In this document: positions 53,454-58,699 of the stretch, piece after piece
Layout: each line of letters opens with the position of its first letter
Numbering within the stretch: the stretch's first letter is position 1
Position numbers and translations under genes: made by a program
Origin: a virus
Lineage: Duplodnaviria; Caudoviricetes
Length of the DNA: 58,699 nucleotides
IMG/VR virus record: IMGVR_UViG_3300008262_000059
Span: 1 to 58,699 of that record
Strand: one strand, 5' to 3'
Notes under the pieces: generated by a model
Seen by the model: only the letters and a program-made list of their open reading frames with translations
Databases searched by the model: none
Told to the model about the DNA's origin: nothing

Positions 53454-55067
53454 ATGTCCCCTCTTTTACGGGGGGGGACGACCGTGGAACTGATAGAGTT
53501 TATTAGATCAAACTGTATACTGAGGTCTTCATCTAATCAGCCCCTGTTTAGTCGGCTCGGCGGGAAGTTCTCGTGGGCCTTAGATCTTCGACGGGCGATT
53601 CTTGATCCTGAAATGATGTCTGAGATAGCCACGTTGTTTCTTGATAACCACAGTAACCTATCTAACTTCCAGCTGGCGGCGGTAGAGTCCTCTGGCGTTC
53701 CAATGATGGCTGCCATACAGCAAGAGGCTCTTCGTAGGGGCATAAAGCTAAATGGGTTGATTGTTCGCAAGAAGAGGAAGAAGCATCTTCAACAATCACA
53801 TATCGACGGCATTTCGGATGGCAAGCCTGTCATCCTTGTTGATGACACCCTCAATAGCGGATCTTCCCTTTGCAACGCGGCAGTAAAGTTAAGAGACTGC
53901 GGGATAAAGGTTTCTCGGGCTTTTGTCGTAGTAAACTTTCACTCAAGGCAGGGCGTCAAAAAACTTATTGAAAGCGGGATTCTGTCATCCAGTCTTTTCG
54001 ACTTGCAAGATATTGGTCTGGAGTTCAAAGACCCGCATGAACCTGTAACTCATTGCGACGTGTCGTGGACGTTCGCATCGCCAAAACCGAACCTTGGTTT
54101 TGCGGTTTGCAAATCAACGCCTGTTCTTTACAGGAACTCAATAATCTTTGGGTCCGACTGCGGAACCTTGTGGTGCCTCGATTCAAAGACAGGTCGGCTT
54201 AGGTGGTGGCACTCTGTCGAGGACAAGACTGGAAAGGGGATTATTTCTTCGCCTTGTCTTGTTCGAGACAGGGTATACGTCGGGACCTATACCGGCGAGC
54301 TACTTTGTCTAAACGCTGACACGGGTTCGGTTGTCTGGTCAAAGAGAGTATGCGACTGGATTGGATCGTCTACCTGCTATGCTAACGGTTTTATATATGT
54401 GGGGCTTGAGTTTAAGGGTGCGGAAAAGGGCGGGGCTCTTGCCTGTTTTGATGCTGAGACGGGGGAAAGACGTTGGGCGCATTATTTCACCAAGCTCCTT
54501 CACGGGTCTCCGGTTTTTTCTCCTTCTCGACAAATGGTCGTTCTGGGTACGAATGACGGAACGGTGTGCAGCTTTGAACACGATACTGGCAAGCTCGTGC
54601 AAGAGCTTACGGGCCTGAAGGCGGTTAAGTATCACGTTGCTATCAAGGGCGACCTTGCCGTCTTTGGGGCTTTCGACGGCAAGGTATACGTTTGGAACTA
54701 TGTCACCGGAGAGGTTAAGTTCACTTATCAGACGGATGATTTGATTTATATGCGGCCCCTGATTGTGGGGGACAGGGCTTTTGTCGGCTCCTCGGATCAT
54801 CAGTTAGTGGTGGTTGATCTTGAGACAAACAGCCTTGTTGCGAGCTTGGACGTGGGAGAGAAGATCCACTCGTCCCCTTCCTTTATCAACGGAATAGTGT
54901 ACTTTGGCACCTCAAAGGGGGAACTTTTTGGGATTGACCCAATGACTTTGCATGTTTTGGTCAGGCTCCAGTTCCCTGAAAGACTGACGAACGAAGTCGT
55001 GACAGATGGCGATTTGCTGTTTGTCTACGGGTTTGACAATAAGATGTGGGCTGTTCGTCATGGCTAA
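53454..55067 (+). CDS. Orotate-PRTase-like domain fused to a PQQ/BamB-type beta-propeller
   Basis: LDLRR, ESSGVP, IVRKKRKKH loop, PRPP motif VILVDDTLNSGSS; repeated S(S/T)P..G..CL(D/N)..TG...W blades. Confidence 0.8.
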   Translation: MSPLLRGGTTVELIEFIRSNCILRSSSNQPLFSRLGGKFSWALDLRRAILDPEMMSEIATLFLDNHSNLSNFQLAAVESSGVPMMAAIQQEALRRGIKLNGLIVRKKRKKHLQQSHIDGISDGKPVILVDDTLNSGSSLCNAAVKLRDCGIKVSRAFVVVNFHSRQGVKKLIESGILSSSLFDLQDIGLEFKDPHEPVTHCDVSWTFASPKPNLGFAVCKSTPVLYRNSIIFGSDCGTLWCLDSKTGRLRWWHSVEDKTGKGIISSPCLVRDRVYVGTYTGELLCLNADTGSVVWSKRVCDWIGSSTCYANGFIYVGLEFKGAEKGGALACFDAETGERRWAHYFTKLLHGSPVFSPSRQMVVLGTNDGTVCSFEHDTGKLVQELTGLKAVKYHVAIKGDLAVFGAFDGKVYVWNYVTGEVKFTYQTDDLIYMRPLIVGDRAFVGSSDHQLVVVDLETNSLVASLDVGEKIHSSPSFINGIVYFGTSKGELFGIDPMTLHVLVRLQFPERLTNEVVTDGDLLFVYGFDNKMWAVRHG

Positions 55068-56268
55068 TAAATCCGTACGGAAAACTTTGAAGGTGGCTGC
55101 CGGTCTTGGAAAGGGCCGTGACAATACCATCGGTCATCTTACCACTGGCGAAATTGTTCTTCCCCTAGACTTTCAGGAGAAGTTTCCTTCTGTTGCCTCT
55201 GCCCTTCGACAGTCTTTTGAGAAAGCAGGACTGGACTTTAATCAGTTTGTCGTTGGCTCTCCTCGGAACAAGATAAACTCTAAAACCGGCATTCCCATGT
55301 TTGATGATGGTGGCGAGGGCGAGGGCGAGGGCGAGGGCGAGGGCGAGGGCGATGCCGAGGGTTACTCTGGACCTTCAGGCGATCCGTCCGGCGATCCGTC
55401 CGGCGATCCGTCCGGCGATCCGATGGGTGGCGACCCCAATCCGGATATTCCCGCTGGCGATCCGATGGAAGGAACTCTTGCAGGACAGGCTGGGTTCAAC
55501 GCTTTTATGGACGGCCTGTTTGGGTCTGTCTTGTCCGACACACAGGTCGGGGATTTGACATCGGAAGACGTTCGGGGCGGCTTTCAAGGATACTCAGCCC
55601 CATCACAGGACCGAGCTGACGAGCTTGCTCGTGAAGACGTTGCGCGAAACGAAGAGATAGCTGATACGATGATGGCTAATCAAGCCGCTCAAGAGGCAGC
55701 TGCTGCTGCCGCTGCGGCTGCCGCAAACCAGAGCGTCTACGGCACCCTTGCTGATGTTGGACCCTCCGCTTGGAACACAAGCACGGTTTCATCCGGCTAT
55801 GGGGCTACTGGAGTCACAGGCGCGGGCACTCCCGGTCTTGGAACCGGAGATTACGGAGTCTCTGGAACCACCGACTCGCAAGTTGCTTCAACAACTTCGA
55901 CGGGTGATCGTGGCGGATATACATCGGATGGGACTACCTCAGACGAAGGTGTTGTCTCTAACGTCGCACAGGCGGAAACACTTTCTGAGTTACCTACGAC
56001 TGAGATCGCCAACGCCCCGTCCATCTTTGATCTTGCAGCTTTGGATAATCTGGCTGGAAAAGCTAACGAAGAGGACGGCTTCTATTCCGGTCAGACTACG
56101 GGAGGTGGTGACGATTTTAGGCGTCTCAATGAGGAAGAACAGGTCGTCGCTGCCCAACTTGCCCAAGCAGGTCAGAAACAGGCGTCCGTCGCCCCGACAG
56201 TCACACCAGTCCAGTATGACATCTCCAAGTTTATCTCCGGCATCGGATCTCTAGCCACATCCAAGTAG
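55060..56268 (+). CDS. Acidic, low-complexity internal virion protein
   Basis: GKGRDNTIGHLTTGE..INSKTGIPMF is similar to the 17920 protein; GE and GDPS repeats. Confidence 0.65.
   Translation: MANKSVRKTLKVAAGLGKGRDNTIGHLTTGEIVLPLDFQEKFPSVASALRQSFEKAGLDFNQFVVGSPRNKINSKTGIPMFDDGGEGEGEGEGEGEGDAEGYSGPSGDPSGDPSGDPSGDPMGGDPNPDIPAGDPMEGTLAGQAGFNAFMDGLFGSVLSDTQVGDLTSEDVRGGFQGYSAPSQDRADELAREDVARNEEIADTMMANQAAQEAAAAAAAAAANQSVYGTLADVGPSAWNTSTVSSGYGATGVTGAGTPGLGTGDYGVSGTTDSQVASTTSTGDRGGYTSDGTTSDEGVVSNVAQAETLSELPTTEIANAPSIFDLAALDNLAGKANEEDGFYSGQTTGGGDDFRRLNEEEQVVAAQLAQAGQKQASVAPTVTPVQYDISKFISGIGSLATSK
55312..55422 (+). repeat. In-frame microsatellites (GGCGAG)x6 and (GGCGATCCGTCC)x3
   Basis: Perfect DNA repeats at 55312-55347 and 55378-55413. 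Confidence 0.9.
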
Positions 56269-56284
56269 AAGCGAGGAAAGTATC

Positions 56285-56497
56285 ATGGCAAATCGCAAGA
56301 AGGCCCTTGACCTCCCTGTGAACGTCCGCACCCGTCAGTACGATGTCGGCGCGGCCAACTATCAGGACATCGTTAATCAGGGCCGCGTGCCCTTGAAGAA
56401 TGTTAAGGAGACCCCGATCCCCGCCGCCCCGAAGGGCGAGCAGGCGGCTCGTGGCTTTGGCGCAATGCTCCGTCCCCAGAAGTACACTGTCAGCTGA
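56285..56497 (+). CDS. Small basic protein
   Basis: 70 aa, ARGFGAMLR; GAGGA RBS. Confidence 0.6.
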   Translation: MANRKKALDLPVNVRTRQYDVGAANYQDIVNQGRVPLKNVKETPIPAAPKGEQAARGFGAMLRPQKYTVS

Positions 56498-56501
56498 TAG
56501 T

Positions 56502-57215
56502 ATGGCTAAGGCGGCTGTAAAGAAGAAACCTGTCAGAAGGGCCGCAGTTAAAAAGACTGCGGCCTCGCCGCCTGTTGCTGCAAAGCCGTCGGCCCCAGAG
56601 CCTGCCCCTTCAAAGCCACCGGGGGGTCCGCTTGATAAGGCCCTCGATCTGGTTAAGTGGATCGACAGCCCGTTTAAGCTCGCGACGGTAGTTCTTCTCG
56701 GTGTCCTGACCCTTGTTGGATATATAGTTTACCAACAGCAGGATCGGATTGTTGGAACGCTGACGCATCGAGAGACGATGCCGGAACTTCTGGCCGATGA
56801 GCGGCTATCTTCACTTGGCCGCGATCTGCTGCGTGATCTTCGTGCCGAGACTGTCATCATCCATCAGGTTGATCTGGCAAAGAACGCACGGATTACGCGC
56901 ATCGCCCAGTCTGCTGACGGCAGGTTTTCCCCGCTGGAAGGCAAGAAGGGCGCGTTCTTCTCTGGTTCCCCGGCCCGCAACCGCGCCGCTGTCGCCATGC
57001 TGAACGGCGAGGTGCTGTGCGAGAAGTTTGAGGCGTCATCTGACGCTGGCGACTGGCTGATCTCCCGTGGCGTCACCTACGCCTGCCGGGGCTCTGTCCC
57101 GCCTGAAGCTGGCCACATGGTCGGATACATCTCTGTCGGGTTCAAAACAGAGCCTCGTGATATATCTTCTGTGAAGTCGCGCATCAACCAAACATCCAGC
57201 GAGATGGCGAGGTGA
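56502..57215 (+). CDS. Single-TM protein with periplasmic GAF-like domain (T4 holin T-like candidate)
   Basis: Basic N-terminus, one TM helix, two Cys, VGYISVGF; upstream of the endolysin. Confidence 0.5.
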   Translation: MAKAAVKKKPVRRAAVKKTAASPPVAAKPSAPEPAPSKPPGGPLDKALDLVKWIDSPFKLATVVLLGVLTLVGYIVYQQQDRIVGTLTHRETMPELLADERLSSLGRDLLRDLRAETVIIHQVDLAKNARITRIAQSADGRFSPLEGKKGAFFSGSPARNRAAVAMLNGEVLCEKFEASSDAGDWLISRGVTYACRGSVPPEAGHMVGYISVGFKTEPRDISSVKSRINQTSSEMAR

Positions 57216-57218
57216 GAA

Positions 57219-57692
57219 ATGGACCCCGCCACGATTGCTCTGGTCTTCGGGGCGGCGAAGTCGGCCTTCTCGGCCATTCAACAAGGCATCAAGTTCGGCA
57301 AGGACATTCAGTCCATGACGAGCGACGTTGCGAAACTGTATGGCTCTGTTGCTAAGTTAACGCAGGCTGCGGCTGATCCGCCAAAGCCAAAACTGTTCAG
57401 CAAGCTGACTGCGGAAGAAATCGCGTTAGATGTTGTTCAGAAGCGCAAACAGGCAGCAGAGTGGGCGGAGAAGGTTAAGAACGAATTTGTCGCTATATAC
57501 GGCCTGAAGGGCTGGGACGAGGTGCAGAGGGAGATCATCAGGGTACGCAAGGAGCAGCGTTTTCTGGAGGAGCGGCGCAAACGAGACGCGCAGCAGATGA
57601 AGGAAGACCTTGTGCTGCTGGGCGCAGTTGTCCTAGTCGCCGCGTTCCTTGTGGCCGGTCTGTTTGGAATGGCAATCTTGTTTAGTAGGTGA
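57219..57692 (+). CDS. Membrane-anchored coiled-coil protein
   Basis: MDPATI..; C-terminal TM helix; GAGGT RBS. Confidence 0.6.
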   Translation: MDPATIALVFGAAKSAFSAIQQGIKFGKDIQSMTSDVAKLYGSVAKLTQAAADPPKPKLFSKLTAEEIALDVVQKRKQAAEWAEKVKNEFVAIYGLKGWDEVQREIIRVRKEQRFLEERRKRDAQQMKEDLVLLGAVVLVAAFLVAGLFGMAILFSR

Positions 57693-57695
57693 CAC

Positions 57696-58415
57696 ATGAG
57701 AACATCGGCAGCAGGCATTAAGCACATCCGTGAGTTCGAGGGAGAGCGGTTGAAAGCATACCGCTGTTCAGCAAATGTGCTCACGATTGGGGTTGGTCAT
57801 ACCAGCGCAGCTGGCGCTCCCGAGGTCTGCGAGGGCATGACGATCACTCAGGATGAGAGCGCCGAGATCCTCGCGCGCGATCTCCAGAAGTTTGAGAAGG
57901 GCGTCGATAAGCTCCTGAAGGTCGTGGTCAGCCAGAACCAGTTCGACGTTCTTGTCAGCTTTGCCTTCAACTGCGGTCTCGGGTCTCTTCAGAAATCGAC
58001 GCTTCTCAGGCGCGTAAACGAGGAGAACTTTGAGGCGGTGCCAGCCGAACTCATGAAGTGGACCAAGGCCGGTGGCCGGGAAATCGCGGGCCTTGTTCGC
58101 CGCCGCCGTGCGGAAGCGAAGCTCTGGCGCGGGGTGGATACGGAGAAGCCTGTCGATATCGAGGAGGCTCGCCTTACACCCGAGCAGCCGAAGGCGTCCA
58201 AGTCCATTGTGCAGTCCAAGGAGGCAAACGCCGCTGTGGCAGCTGGCGGCCTTGGTACGATTGCCGTGGCGCAGGAAGTTGTTCCGCTGGTACGGGAAGG
58301 CGGGGACATTCTGTCATCCCTTGACGCAACTGTCCTGATCTTGGTTGTCATTGTGATTGCGGCAGGCGCTGTCTGGTACTTCCGCAAGAAAAGACTCGAT
58401 GAGGAGGCCGCATGA
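57696..58415 (+). CDS. GH24 lysozyme (endolysin) with C-terminal hydrophobic anchor
   Basis: FEGERLKAYRC..TIGVGHT, QNQFDVLVSFAFNCG, GLVRRRRAEA. Confidence 0.9.
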   Translation: MRTSAAGIKHIREFEGERLKAYRCSANVLTIGVGHTSAAGAPEVCEGMTITQDESAEILARDLQKFEKGVDKLLKVVVSQNQFDVLVSFAFNCGLGSLQKSTLLRRVNEENFEAVPAELMKWTKAGGREIAGLVRRRRAEAKLWRGVDTEKPVDIEEARLTPEQPKASKSIVQSKEANAAVAAGGLGTIAVAQEVVPLVREGGDILSSLDATVLILVVIVIAAGAVWYFRKKRLDEEAA

Positions 58416-58642
58416 TTGGGCTGCTTTTTTCTCCCCTTGGCCGCTACATCCTGATTGGGGGCGCGGTCCTCATGGTTCTCGGCGGCGTCTACCTGAAGAT
58501 CAGGTCGGACGCCATCGCTGAGATACAAGCCGCGGCTACGGCTGACGCACTGAAGAGGGTTCAAAATGCGATTACTGCCGGCGATTCCGCTGTTGTTAGT
58601 CCTGACCGGCTGCTCGAAAGTGATGGGCACCGCAGAGACTAA
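58412..58642 (+). CDS. i-spanin (Rz-like)
   Basis: N-terminal TM helix plus Ala-rich helix right after the endolysin; overlaps a lipoprotein ORF. Confidence 0.7.
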   Translation: MIGLLFSPLGRYILIGGAVLMVLGGVYLKIRSDAIAEIQAAATADALKRVQNAITAGDSAVVSPDRLLESDGHRRD

Positions 58643-58699
58643 TCTGTCAGCCTGCTCAGTCTGGCGGGATATCTCTTGGTCATCCAAGGATACCCCCCA
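58566..58699 (+). CDS. o-spanin lipoprotein (Rz1-like); continues across the junction to 178
   Basis: Hand translation MRLLPAIPLLLVLTGCSKVMG..RREGYCESGK (65 aa, stop at 176-178) with lipobox LTGC, overlapping the i-spanin in another frame. Confidence 0.8.
   Translation, partial: MRLLPAIPLLLVLTGCSKVMGTAETNLSACSVWRDISWSSKDTP
58586..58699. repeat. Terminal direct repeat, copy 2
   Basis: Identical to 1-114. Confidence 0.97.

Overview
The window is a complete, circularly permuted tailed-phage genome of 58,585 bp; bases 1-114 repeat exactly at 58586-58699. The layout is podovirus-like. A + strand virion block runs from 48772 across the contig junction to 29750: TerL, portal, lysis cassette, GroES, scaffold, Mu gpT-like major capsid protein, small basic proteins, tail and fibre genes, ejection proteins and a 2260-aa polyvalent protein. 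A replication block at 29852-38248 encodes a SNF2-type helicase, SSB-like protein, AEP primase, UvrD-like helicase and family A DNA polymerase. A mostly minus-strand early/accessory block covers 38388-48001. From memory the gene set resembles HTVC023P/CRP-345-type aquatic phages (not verified by search). GcrA-like and CtrA/OmpR winged-helix genes point to an alphaproteobacterial host. I found no integrase, tRNA or CRISPR array. Most notable signals: (1) a perfect bacterial parS palindrome alongside GcrA-like and CtrA-like genes; (2) shared GGI(A/V)SL / GIGSL and xxGG peptides across internal virion proteins, resembling encapsulin cargo-loading peptides; (3) an orotate-PRTase/beta-propeller fusion; (4) a cupin-TusA-2OG-Fe(II) oxygenase cassette behind the tail fibres; (5) a one-strand TGTCA array near the presumed genome end; (6) a candidate Mu-gpT-DE RNA. 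All protein family calls come from motif recognition by eye, not database searches.
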